Below, piece after piece: positions 24,819 to 36,797 of a stretch of 64,000 nucleotides of DNA (within the stretch, counting starts at the first letter, position 1; each line of letters begins with the position of its first letter). The notes beneath the pieces were generated by a model, which made no database searches, was not told the DNA's origin, and saw only the letters and a program-made list of their open reading frames with translations. Made by a program: the position numbers and the translations under genes. This DNA is from Klebsormidium nitens. Its lineage: Eukaryota; Plantae; Klebsormidiophyceae. Location of the stretch: contig DF237096.1 in the NCBI GenBank assembly GCA_000708835.1, positions 108,497-172,496 of the forward strand, in the 5' to 3' direction.

Positions 24819-25022
24819 AAACCTGCAAAGTTACTCAAGCCGGGAACCTCCAAGTCGGGTGCTGTCGACAAGACTTCATAATCTGCATAGATCCTGTATA
24901 GTAAGTTTCTCGGCTGCGTCAAACCTGCAAAGTTACTCAAGCCGGGAACCTCCAAGTCGGGTGCTGTCGACAAGACTTCATAATCTGCATAGATCCTGTA
25001 TAGTAAGTTTCTCGGCTGCGTC
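24819..25022. repeat. Perfect 102-bp tandem duplication downstream of the hydrolase gene
   Basis: AAACCTGCAAAGTTACTCAAGCCGGG...TTTCTCGGCTGCGTC begins at 24819 and again at 24921. Confidence 0.93.
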
Positions 25023-26368
25023 AATTATATTGGATGAGGAAGTCCTTTCAAAAGCCCCGGGGGCCGGCCAATAACCAGTTCCTTCGATCCGACGGCTCGC
25101 GCTTGATCTCTATAGCTGACAATCAAAATTCTCCATGTCGATGGAGGACTGGCATGTGATGCACTTTGGCATGATGTTGCATGCTCGATACAGGCACGTA
25201 CCGTCCTCACAAGAAGCATCAAGTCAAACATGATGCATGCACCAGAAAAAAGACGATGTGGGCAAATTACTAAACTCAGCATGATATCATGCATAAGTTT
25301 TGACACACGCCAGCTGCAAGTCCATCAGGCCCCAAACTTTGTAGTCGTAGCCGGTGGAGTCGTAATGCATCGAGTCAGCTCATGCGCGTTGATTGAACTG
25401 GCTTCCAAGTTCTTTTCAAAACTTGCAGCCGCGGCGCCTAACAGATGTGCACGCAGACATGTGGCCCAATCCATCACCGATTGCAAATTATGCGCTTGAT
25501 ATCGCACAACGTCGTCAGTGTGCCATCTGAGTTCACGTGTCAAGTCAATTCAACGAACGTACGGTCGAGTCAGCGGACAGCGGCCCGCAGCCCCATACTC
25601 ACCCGCCAACCCTGCTGGCCCGTTCCAACGGCCCACAAGTCGTTCACATGCGCGGCGCACCCGAAGAATCACCCACCGTGGTACTCTGTCTGGTCGGCAG
25701 CCGGCCCCCTGCACTGCTGCTGACGTCAAAATGACGCTGCACTCTTCATCGTAGGTACTCTCGAACGAGTACGGTGCCAGGGGTGTGCTCAACAGATTGA
25801 ATTCACAACTGTAGTATCATACTAAGTATGGCCCGCTGGCTTTAATCTGGACTTGCATGGGCGCAGAAGCTGCCGCGCCGCCCCTCGCGCGAGCAGGACG
25901 GTCACGGCCCGGGTGGGAGGCGGCCGCGGGGCGGCAGGGTTTTGGACGCGGGTCGAAGCGAAAGCGGCAGGAGCGGTAAGCACCTCACATCGTTTTTGCG
26001 CACTCTGCAAAAACCCTTGCGTGTATCATCATCCAGAAAAGCCTTTCCTGCGCTGACCGGATGATGCTGATCAGACCCTGCGCAACTGATTGTTGAACAA
26101 AGCGCTGGGGGATGGGCCGGTACAGGAGCAGCGCTTGCGACTGACGTCAGACACAGGGGTTGGGACGCCAGACAATAGTTTGCGTTCCAATCATCCATGC
26201 AGTGCCTAAGAGAAGTTGGACAAGGTGATAGGATACTCTTCTCGCTAGCTTGGACTCAAGGTCGTCACGGTGGCGATACCCAGCTTCTTTGAGGTTTTTC
26301 GGATCAGACGAGCGTATCTTTCACTGTCAGACCATTTTGCTGGCACTTCAGTCAGAAAGCGCTCAGGA

Positions 26369-27199
26369 ATGGAAGCTCATGATCTTTTTGTTCAAAGAAC
26401 GGAGCTGCCGGAGTTGGGCCAGCTGTCCTTGTCCGAGGATTGCATAAAGACTGCGTCTGTCAAAGGAGCTGTGGCTGTATTAATAACCCAGTTCAATGAC
26501 ATCCCAGAGGAGCTCAAAGAGAACATCCTGCAGAGAGCCTTTAGAGCTGACAACAGAACCATGGCAAAATGCAAATGCGTCTGTAAGAGCTGGTTAGATT
26601 ACTGCCTGACGCTCTCCTTTAGCGCGAGCTTCCAGTCCTGCCATCACCCAAGGGATTCCGTTAGAACCGCAGAGGAGGAAATCAAGGAAGGCATGTTTCA
26701 TGCGGGGCACGAGCATATGCACGCAATCATCCGACTTGAAGCTTCTGACGCTTTCTTGGTTATCCGGACGAAAGGACGCAAGCATCGGGGAGGCTTTTCC
26801 ATTCACTTCACGGACGGAGAAGGAAGGCCTTGCTCCTGGTTTCGGTGCCTGAGCAATCGACAAAGTATGCCGTCTTTAGAAGGTTTGGTTGTGGAGAAGA
26901 CTCTCGGATCCACTCCCAAAAGCGAGCTTCTACTGGAGGCTCGCGGCATCGAGGTGAAGTTTCAGACAACTGGAAGGAAACACCAAGGAGATGTGATCCT
27001 GATCATTGGTGAACATTCGAAAGACTGGTGGGAGGACGACGGCCCATGCCCCGTTTGCACAGAGCACGGTAGCCACGTATGGGTTCTTGACCAGTTCGAA
27101 GAAAACGATCTGCGGATGGATTCGATCATAGAGAGCAGGTTTTACTCTCGCCCGGTATATCATTTTTATGATTTGAAGCTAAAATGTTGGTTAAACTGA
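26369..27199 (+). CDS. F-box protein, tandem paralog 1 (intronless CDS)
   Basis: N-terminal F-box-like motif FNDIPEELKENILQRAF..CKCVCKSW, collinear with the paralog at 28938. The ATG at 26369 is preferred over the upstream GTG start. Confidence 0.8.
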   Translation: MEAHDLFVQRTELPELGQLSLSEDCIKTASVKGAVAVLITQFNDIPEELKENILQRAFRADNRTMAKCKCVCKSWLDYCLTLSFSASFQSCHHPRDSVRTAEEEIKEGMFHAGHEHMHAIIRLEASDAFLVIRTKGRKHRGGFSIHFTDGEGRPCSWFRCLSNRQSMPSLEGLVVEKTLGSTPKSELLLEARGIEVKFQTTGRKHQGDVILIIGEHSKDWWEDDGPCPVCTEHGSHVWVLDQFEENDLRMDSIIESRFYSRPVYHFYDLKLKCWLN

Positions 27200-28937
27200 G
27201 CCAACTAGATTTTCTTCGCATCGTTTCGACGTTCTGGGTGCTTGACAATGATCCAAATAGATGTTCGATTCCTGAGGAATGAGGAGAACATGATTATTTC
27301 CAAGATCGATGCATTGTGCGTTCTTGCAATCGACGTATAAATGATCGAAGCAACGGTTTAAGCGCACACTTCAGAAGTGGCACTCACTTCTAAGTAGGTT
27401 TTTGGCTCTTCTGATTGTCAGGAATAATGAGACCGATAAAGCTAGTACAGGTTATTACGCAGTGCACTGCAGCTGCTAACTGATAGGACCGTCAAGTTAG
27501 TACTAATAGTCCGGGCATTCGATCGACCATGTTATTTTGGGCATACACGTATGCTTCAGTTCTCGTTGGTTCCTCCGGTTCTGGTCGGATCCCAAGTGCT
27601 TAGACGTATTGTATTACACCGATCAAACGCCTGCAATATGAACAGATAATCTTTAAACATCCGCAGTGGCCCATTCTCTTCGGCCGCCCACCTGTCCAGT
27701 TGGCCCTGGCCATTACTTGTGCACATGCGCGGCGCACGCAAGGACTACCCAACCCACCCCGGTGGGCTGCCGGCCCTCGCTTTGCGACCCTACTCGAAGC
27801 TGACGTCAACATGACTCGGCACCCTTCAAGCGACGTATTCTAGCTTGAACGGGGTCGCATGTGCTGAACGTATGATACGGACTAAAATAGTTCGCCCTGG
27901 GCTAGGATGAGGGGATTCAGCGTAAGCAGCGGGGGCCATACGAGCAGATTTCGAAAGGGGCTCCGGGTTCCGTCTGCTTCGCGTTCAACCAATAAGGGCA
28001 GCGATCACGTCAAATATATCTCCCGTGCGCAGCCATTGTCGGAGGATCGTTGTCGCTCAGACTCATGCGGCTCATCAAAGTACGAGGAGCAAAGGATGGC
28101 AAACCATGAAGCTCATCGTGAGAGAGAGCCGACCTGAGGCCGGCAGCTGATCACTTTTCCCTTCGTTGATCGACACAGGAAAGGCGCCGGAGATGGGTTC
28201 AGGTGGAAGCGCTAGTGACCCGCAAACAAGGTGTTGAGTCCAAATAAAACCGGCGTTCGAGCGTGCTGTCAAACGGAGGTTGAGACAAGCAGTTTTCCGA
28301 GCTTGGAAACCGCGCCGTGGTGAGTCCTGAGTGCGTTGCATCCGGCGGCGCGGCTTGATCACGCGCGCGGCTGGGCCGGCGGGCGACAGGGTTTCGGACA
28401 ACTTACTGGATCGGATCAGGGTCAACCGGACGAAGAAGCGCAGCGGTGCCCGAATACCCTACGTAGGAGGGTTTTCGTTGACCCGATTTCGAGCGGCGGG
28501 AAGCCGACGCAGTCTCTGCCAACAATGCGATTCCTCAAGTAGGCTGATCTGCTGACATGCAAAATGAGAGAGGTCGACCGTGAGGCGCAGGCGTTATGAG
28601 GCTGCTTGCGCAAACCTTTGCTTACATGCATGAGATAAGCGGCCACAGAGGAGTAACTTGCACTAGAGTGCCGTAGATGGGTATGGGTGGAGAAGTGGAA
28701 GCGCTCAGTCCTTACAGCAACACGTGTGGAGCCAGGAAGGAACTTCTGGCTTTCCAGCCGAATCGGGGACCTTAGAAGGCTTTCTTCTGGTTAGCTTGGC
28801 CCCAGCGTCGTTGCTGCAGCTGTAATTTGACTGCGGGTTTGTCTAAGCCCAAGGAGCAGGTCTTTCGATGCTCTCCTCCTTGGTATTAAGTCGCGAAGGA
28901 GTCGAAAGTATTTGATGCGGATGTTTTTGTTCGAAGC

Positions 28938-29702
28938 ATGGCGCTGAAGTTGGAGTTGGGTCAGCTCTCCCTATCCGGATATCGTTCTAGAGATGCCGCT
29001 GTCAAAGCTGATGTGGCTGTGACTCAATTCAGCGACATCCCAAAGGAGCTGCAAGAGAACATCCTACAGAGAGCTTTCAGACTAGACAACAGAACCCTGG
29101 CAAAATGTAAGCGCGTCTGCAAGAGCTGGCTGGATTACTGCCTGACGCTCACCTTTAGCGGTAGCTTCCGTTCGTGCCACCACCCCAGGGATCCTCAAGC
29201 TGACGCAAAGGAGGACGCCTTCTATGCGGGTTACGAGCACCTCCATACTATTGTCCGCCTTCAAACTTCGGATGTCTTCTTGGTTGTTCGCACGCGGGGG
29301 CGCAAGCATCGCGGAGGCTTTTCCATCCACTTCAAAGACAGAGAAGGAAGGCCCTGCTCCTGGACTCACTGGCTCAGCAACCGTTCCAAGTCCGTTTCCT
29401 CAGCAGACTTGGCTGCGAGTATGTCTCTTCCAGAGAGTACTAAGACCGAGCTTTCGTTCGAGGCTTGCGGGATTGAGGTGAACTTTCAGACGATTGGCAA
29501 GAAACATCAGGGGCTTGTCGAATTGATCAATGGGGGATTTCTACCAGATTTGGTGGAGGAAAAGCGTCCATGCGCGGTCTGTGCGCGCGCAGACCGCGGC
29601 TGCTTCCCGTGGGTGCTCGACCAATTCCAGGACAACATCTTGGAGATGGACACGGTTGTGGAATATGCGTATTTCCCTCCGAGAAACTGCTGGCACAAAT
29701 GA
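28938..29702 (+). CDS. F-box protein, tandem paralog 2 (intronless CDS)
   Basis: FSDIPKELQENILQRAF..CKRVCKSWLDYC. It shares CHHPRD, RGRKHRGGFSIHF, GIEVxFQTxGxKHQG and CxVC..WVLDQF with paralog 1. Confidence 0.8.
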   Translation: MALKLELGQLSLSGYRSRDAAVKADVAVTQFSDIPKELQENILQRAFRLDNRTLAKCKRVCKSWLDYCLTLTFSGSFRSCHHPRDPQADAKEDAFYAGYEHLHTIVRLQTSDVFLVVRTRGRKHRGGFSIHFKDREGRPCSWTHWLSNRSKSVSSADLAASMSLPESTKTELSFEACGIEVNFQTIGKKHQGLVELINGGFLPDLVEEKRPCAVCARADRGCFPWVLDQFQDNILEMDTVVEYAYFPPRNCWHK

Positions 29703-31216
29703 AATCTGCAAAGAATATATTGATTCACCACCTTCTTGCCGGGAAGCACGCTCAGCTTCGCTTCAAGGAGGTGTGGATGTTCCCGGTCTGTCGGCAAGTG
29801 AGAGCGAGAATGTATACTTAGGCTGCAGGCTCTGACCGAGAGAAAAAAGTTGCCAGAACAAACAACTCAGACGGAGCGGTGTTTAGCTAACCAGGCTATT
29901 GTGGACTTCTGCTAAATTGTGTTTCTTTTATGTGTTCCCTAAAGGGTTTCTGAGACCAGGAACACGACGTTGGGCCTTATTCGTGCTCATGCATCCCTTA
30001 TCGAAAATTGGACAACCGAGTACAGCTCTGTCAACGGCAGCCTGCTTGAAAAGTTGCTCCCAGAAGAGTTGCTCGTCAATTCAGAGTAGATGCTCGATAT
30101 CTCAAAATACTTGACTAGCAATGCCAATCGGTGAATGAAATTTCAAAGCGATATACGGTCTATATCGAGACACAGGCGTATACTTAACCTGTGTAGCTGC
30201 CATCGCAAGCAAGCATCACGAGGTTGCAGCCCCTGCGCGCACAGGTCCATGCCAGGCTGCGGCCTCTCAAATCCGCCTGTTCGACTTGAATGTCAATTGC
30301 ACAATGTTGCGGGTTTCTGTGCTTGTCAGCGGATTGCTCGAGGGTATATGATCGAGGCGAAATCGCCTCATCCGCGTCGTTACGTAGTTAGATGAGAGAG
30401 TACTGGAAACGGCAGCTGAGCTAGTGATTGGTTGCGAGTTCGCTGAATGCTATCAAGCAATGGCTAGCGCCATGGCAGCGCGCGGCGCCAGTCGATCAAC
30501 ACGTGCATGTGTGCCGCGCGATCATATAGTGACTTGCCAACAGAGGGTGAACGATGGCGGTGGCTTGAAAGTTGTATTCAATTGTAGATCGACGACAATC
30601 AAACCGGCCTGTTGACGCAATGCGATATCCTGATACTAGCAAAGCCTGCATGACGGTGCTTGGAGATATCAGGCAGCCATCCGGCCCTGCAGGCTATATA
30701 GTCTGACTCCTCCTGGTTCCCAAGGTCCTCTATGTAAGGTCACCACATGTTTGCCCTCGACCTTAAATATCAAAGTGCACACTATGAGGTCATAGTAAAA
30801 GAATCGAAGGGCCACATGAAGCCCTGGCCGGCATTAGCTAGTCATCCAAGTCTGTACGTGCACAGTCCTCGCGACCATTGCTGGGCAGCGGCGCCATCCT
30901 TGCATGCCCCATATTGCATGAATGTTTCTGCAGCATGCATCAAACTTGAACCACTGAACATCGGTCAAAAACGCTTTCATGATAGTATGTAAAGGAATTA
31001 GGACGCTGGTTCACGCCTTTACAACGCCATTTGCACTCCGCCTTTGACATACACGGGTTCGTTTGTTTAAAGCAAAGCCTTTTACATCTGCGGCACTTTT
31101 TAAATCGATGCACACTGCACGACTCAGTCTTTTCTGCTTGGTCGGCTCGACCTTATCTTACCCCGGAGGAGAACAAGGCACGCAGATTGGCCTCTTGGCA
31201 CACAGCCTTCGTCTTA

Positions 31217-34200
31217 TCAGCCCCTCTTCTTGCCCCCTCCCGGGGCTACTCTCGCAGCAATCCGCTTCTTCCTCTTGTAGTCGATCGCAAGCGCCGACTT
31301 GCTCGCCAGCCATTCCTGTTCCGCCGTCGCCGAACGAACGAAGCTCAGCCCTAGATCCTCGTCCCCAGGCCCGCTTACTGCAACTGAGCGCGGGGCTGCA
31401 GGGTCTGGCCCAGTGCTAACGTCATCGTGACGTGCCGCCCCGGCAGGCGGATTGCCGGCGCCCACACCGCTGGCGTTCGAAGCGTCGGGAAGCGGGGACC
31501 GCCCGGGGGCCGCATCTGCACCGAATTCCGCATTCGATCCGACATTTTGAACGACAGCGGACGTGTTCACACCGGAAGCCATGTTCAAGGCACCGCTGCG
31601 ACCATCACCGGACGATTTGGGGCCATCGGACGGTCCAGGATCGCCGGCGTCCGAAGCGCCCCCGAGAACCGACGCCAAAGAGAACGTGGGTTTGCCGCCG
31701 CCCACGTACCCAACCAGCGCCCGCCAGTTCGGGTTAACAAAAACCTCTTGCTTAACCGGCACTGCTGCAGGTCCGTCCGAGCGGTCCGTACCCGCGTCCA
31801 AACGGTCCGTACTGGCGTCCGCCACACCCGCTACGTCACTCCCCCGCCGTTGAGCGCGTTTCTCCCGTTTCAGGCGCTTCCGTTCTTCTACAGACAAACC
31901 CGCAGCCGTTTCTTCCGGACTGCCCCCTGTTGCCGCTTCATCCGAACGGCCTGTCACGTTCTGCCCGGTAGCTTTTAACCCAACTCTAACATCTCCCCCC
32001 GGTTTCTGCTCGTTTCTTATGTGGCCGTCTTCGTAAACCTCCTCTGCCGCTTCTCGGTCCTTCCTTTTGCTAGGACCCCGTCTCGACTCCTCACGGGGCA
32101 CTCCTTTCCCGGTTGTCGCGCCCGAGAGCCCCACCTCCAACCCCCCCTCTCTAGGTTCCGGACGCTGCCCGCGCTTCTCTTTCTTCCCACTCGCTTCCAG
32201 CCGCTCCTCCGCTTCTCCGGCGCTCCTCATCCCTCCTCTTTCTTTCCGCTTTGCTTCTCCGCCCTCCCTTTTACCCCCTTCTTCCGCCTCTCCTCTCTTC
32301 CTCTTTCCTTCTTTCTCTCCTTCCCCCCTTCTCCTTTTCTTTTCCGTTTCCGTTCCTTTCGACCCTGGCGTCAGCCGTTGCAGCAGGTCCGAGTCCAGGT
32401 ACTTCAGAACCTGCGGACTTAACCGACTCAGGACCTCGCCAACCATTTGCAGCCCGCTGCGAGCACCATTACCGCTCCCCTTTGCAGCGCCACTGTGGGC
32501 TCTTAGTCCCCCTTCCTGTACTAGCCCACTTTTCCGGTTTCCCACCTCTTTCGCTGCCCCCCCTTTCTGTTCCGTAACAGCAGCTTCACCCTCCGAAACG
32601 CCCCTCCGAGGTCTCTTTTCCTCCTTAAGCACGGCCCGCTTTTTCTCCGACTTCTCTTTCCCCGTTTCTCGCGCCTCCTTTCCAATCTCCTCCGGGTTAC
32701 TTGCAGCCGTCGTCGCTCTAGTTACGGTCTTTCTTCCGCTTCCTGTCAACCCGTTCCTAACCCGTTCCTCGCTTTCCATTGGCGCCGCTTCAGTGCGACC
32801 CTCGTTTGCTCCGCTCGCATCCTCGTTGTTTTCCGGGCTTCGCTTCGCAGCCGCGGACGGGTCGAAGCGCGCAATCGGAACGAAGCCCGACGGCCGCTTG
32901 GCCTTCTGAACTGCCTCCTCGCTGCAAATGCAGGTATGGTATAAGAGCGGCTCGTGACAGGAGGCAAAGTTCCCCAGCATTGATTGACAGGTTGGCAATC
33001 TGCCCCTGTTTTTGATGACCCCAACCCCTGAGAACGACATACGAGCAAAGACCGTGAAAGCAAGTGTCAGAATATGGTCCAGAAACTCGTTCAGAAGCTT
33101 CCGTAGAAGTGAAAGATGCTATCGGATGTAAGCGACTGCGAACTTGATATCAAATTTTCCAGACTCCGCTCTGCCATATCCACCTGCGGTTTGAAAACGG
33201 TCGTTGAAATAACTCTGGGCATGGAACAGCAATGCTTTTTCAGCAGCAAGTCAAGGCGTCGAAGAGCGTTCTTTGAGAGGCACGTGTGTATGTACTCGTC
33301 ATTCAAAAACTTGACGCCCAGTGAAACGATACACGCACAAACACTCGAGGAAATAAAAGGGAACACTTTAAAGAAGCGGGAACTGTTCTGTAAAGCAACG
33401 CAAAGAAGCCCGGCTTCAAAGACAACGTGTATGCACTTGATGTAAGCATGCTGCAAGACGACCAAAACTTTCGGCCACATCCATGAAGACGCATCTGAAG
33501 CATGAAAACACCGAGGAAGACCGGAAACAGCAAAGAAGCGCTATGTCAAGTGTGTCAACAATTAGCTTTATACGCACCTGAAGAAGCGCGCGTCGTCCGG
33601 AAACATGGCGCCCAAGATGCCCAGCTGCTTCCGCCGCTCCTCCGCCAGCTGCCGCGCAATCTCCTCTTCGTCCGCCGTCCGTTCCGCCGCCGTTCCGTCC
33701 GCTCCAGCAGATTCCGGCGGAACCCCAGCCGTGGCCGCTTCCTCCTCCAGATCCTCCGCCGGCGCTGTTTCGAAGTCCGCATCGGCGTCGTCCGAAACTC
33801 TTACGGGCCGTTGCAACTTAAGAGCGCTTTTCAGAAGAAGTTTCTCTCGACCAGTATCGTCGTCCAAACCCCCTCTCGCCTTGTCAAATTCCTTCCCGTC
33901 GTCATCCGACTCTTCTTTACTCATCCGGCCATCTTCCTCCGAGTCCAAAGCCCTTCCCTCATCGTCGAATGCCGCATCTGCCCCACCGGAATCCCGTCCG
34001 TCGGACTCCCCTGCTCCGTCGCCGGAATTCCGTCCCTCTTCTTCCGAAACCTCTCCTTGCCACTCCCGCCCTTCCCCTTCCGATACCTCCTTTTCCACGT
34101 CCGTAAAGGACCCCGACAGCTCTTCTTCGCTTCCAAACGAATCCCCGTCACTCTCGTTACCATCTTCCAAACCCTCACCATCAATCGCCCCTCCCGAATC

Positions 34201-36797
34201 TTCCCCGCCAGTCTCCTCTGCTCCATCCCCCACCTCTTCGCCGCCGAAATCGTCCTCTGACTCACCCTCAACCCCGTCAGCACCGTCAATGACGTCCTCA
34301 GCTTCTTCCATGACGTCACCTTCCGAATCCACCTCCTCCCCCCATTCCCTCCACTCCGAGCGTTCCTCCAGCGGGCCACCCTCTAGTTCGTCGTCACCTG
34401 CTGCTGCGACATCATTCAGACCTTCACCCAGAACCCCCGCTCCTAGTTCCTCAGCCCTTGTACTTTCTTCGTTTACCCCTGCTTTCCGAGCCCCATTCAC
34501 ACCCCCGCCGGCCGCCTCTCCTTTCGCAACCTCCTGCCCCTGCTTACTCTCGTACAAATCGAACCCCTCCGACCCTTCGTTTGCGTCCGACTCGCCTTCT
34601 CCGGACGCTTGCTCAAACTCGCCCGTTTCCGGACCGTCCAAACTCTCCTCTTCGTCCAAAGCCCCCGCTGCCTTCTGCATCAGCCGCTCCCAATCACTCA
34701 ACGCCGCCACTTCGGTCTTTTTCGCAGCTTGCGATTCTGCTGGAGCCGACCCGTTGGCCCCCTGCTTGAAACCATCCTTTTTGCCTCCACGCAGTTCCAC
34801 TTTTTCCAACTTCCCCCCAACAAGCCGGCTTTCCTTCCGCCCATCAGTCCCTCTAACCGTTACCGAGTCCCCAGGCGCCTTTCCCCGTGCCCCAAAATCA
34901 TTTAAGCCGCCTGCCTCCTTAGTCCCGCTAGCCGTTCCCGGCTGCCCAGGCGACTTACCCTGGGGCCCAAAACCCTCTAAGCCGCCTGCGTCCTTGGTCC
35001 CTCTAGCCGTTCCTGGATTCCCTGGCGTTTTTCCCAGGGCCTCAAAACCCTCTAAGCCTCCCACCTCCTCGTCAATGAAGTCGTCGTCCTCCTGGCCCGC
35101 CGCCGCCTTCTGCATCAGCTTCTCCCACGCGGTTAGCTCCCTAACCCTGCCCTTAACCCCGTCGCCAGGTTCTGCCCCCTCCGCCTCACGCCCCGAGCCT
35201 TCCGTCCCCTCATCTTCACTGCGCCCCTCCGAATCTTCGCTCCTCTCTTCTGCATCTGGAGACTCGTCCTCTGCCGAGGGCTGGTGTGCTTTCTCTTTCC
35301 CATCCTCTGACCGCTCTCCGGTTTGGCTAACCCCATTTCCACCGAGAGGCCTCGTTTCGATGGCTCTTGTCGAGGTGACGGCCTTAGTTGCAGGCGGCAT
35401 TGCTGCAGACAGGGCCCCTGTCCCTCCCATGCCCTCCAGTTCCCACAGCGACTTCTCAGGCACGTTCCGGAAGCTTTTCTTGATCTTGGCGCCCCCGGCC
35501 GCGGGCATCACCTTCGTCTGTGGAATGAAAAAGCGGATCACAATAACGAAACAGAAAGCAGGAGCACAAGTTCGAACCGTGGGAAAGACAAGGACCTGGA
35601 AACGACATGGATCTTCGGCGTTGCTACTTCGGAGTGGAGCTGGAAATGTTGGGCATTCTGAACCCCATTCGTACCTCAACTCTAGAGGCATGAGAGGGTT
35701 GACTGCTGGCAAACCCAATCGAAACCTCATGCACAAGTTTTTGACAGCTGTTTGGTCTGAAAACAGCTTGCATAGACAGCAAAGCTCGTGTAAGAAGTCG
35801 GATCCTGAAAAGAAGCAAAGATTGTGTTCGCAGCCATACCCTCTTTTCGAACTCCCAGGATCCCCACTTGAGCCTCAACGGCTCAAATATGGGCTTCCCC
35901 TTAGGATCCAACAGCTCCGCTTTTGTTGGCTCCGCCCCCTGCTTGTCAATCTCTGCCCCCCCCTTATCAATCTCTGACCCCAGCTTATCAGCTTCGCTCT
36001 GCGGTTCGTTTTGGGAGGCCCACTCGGCCTTCAGGCGATCGAGGAACGAGGCGCGGGCCTTTTCCACACGGAGCCTACCGCCGCGCCACTTGGTGCCATT
36101 GTACTGGACAGAAAAAACCTCGTTTTAGAATCATGACGTCAGTGTTACGCTTGATATCATGAGCCCAGTTGTAAAGCTCGGGAACTCTCCTTGATGGCGT
36201 GAACGATCAGTCCAACAGAGACAGAATAGTACTACTTCAGGTTGGTACACCTTCTGGTCTTTGCAGCGCAGCGACTTATCCAGAAAACAGTGATTTGGCA
36301 TTATTTATTGTCAAGCAGGACCAGTATCACTTGTGCATCACAGTCCCTACTGCTTCCATCGTTCATCGGGTCCCACTGCGATGCCATCACGTATATCAAC
36401 TCGTATTCTACAAAACATTCACCAGCACGACAGCCACCGGGAGAAGCGAATGCAGAAACAACTCCGAACCTCTCCACTCATCTCCTCAACCAGAATCGAA
36501 ACCCGCACCACTCACCACTGCAAAGCACTTGCTCAGGCTGGCCTCGCTGACCGGCTCCAGGTCAACGTAACCAAACCCGCGGCAGGTCCCCGCATCCTCC
36601 TTCTGGGGCACAATCTCCGACCCAACCACTTTCCCGAATGGCTGAAACCGCGCCTGCAGTTCCTCGGGTGTGACGTCAGCAGGGAGGCCCCCCACAAACA
36701 AGCGGATGCGTCCAACGGCGGTGGCTCCACTCGGGTGGGGGCCGGTAGGCTGGGTGGGAGTGGGAGGGGCGGAGGGGGAGAGCGCTGCTGACGTCAT
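31217..36797 (-). CDS. ROS3: Nucleolar RRM protein, ROS3 (plant) / NOL8-Nop8 family, about 1400 aa, 4 exons
   Basis: Exons 36797-36516, 36103-35840, 35517-33578 and 32921-31217. The N-terminal RRM is RLFVGGL..CRGFGYVDL..LSKCFAVYNGTKWRGGRLRVEKARASFLDRLKAEW, followed by long acidic/basic low-complexity regions and a C-terminal FVRSATAEQEW..DYKRKKR motif. Confidence 0.8.

Noticed and set aside
24819-25022. Possible CRISPR-like array
   Set aside because: Direct tandem duplication with no spacers, no cas genes, and a eukaryotic context.
33605-35977. 790-aa Ser/Pro-rich ORF on the + strand
   Set aside because: It is the antisense shadow of the acidic, Gly/Glu-rich ROS3/NOL8 exon, and has no independent features.
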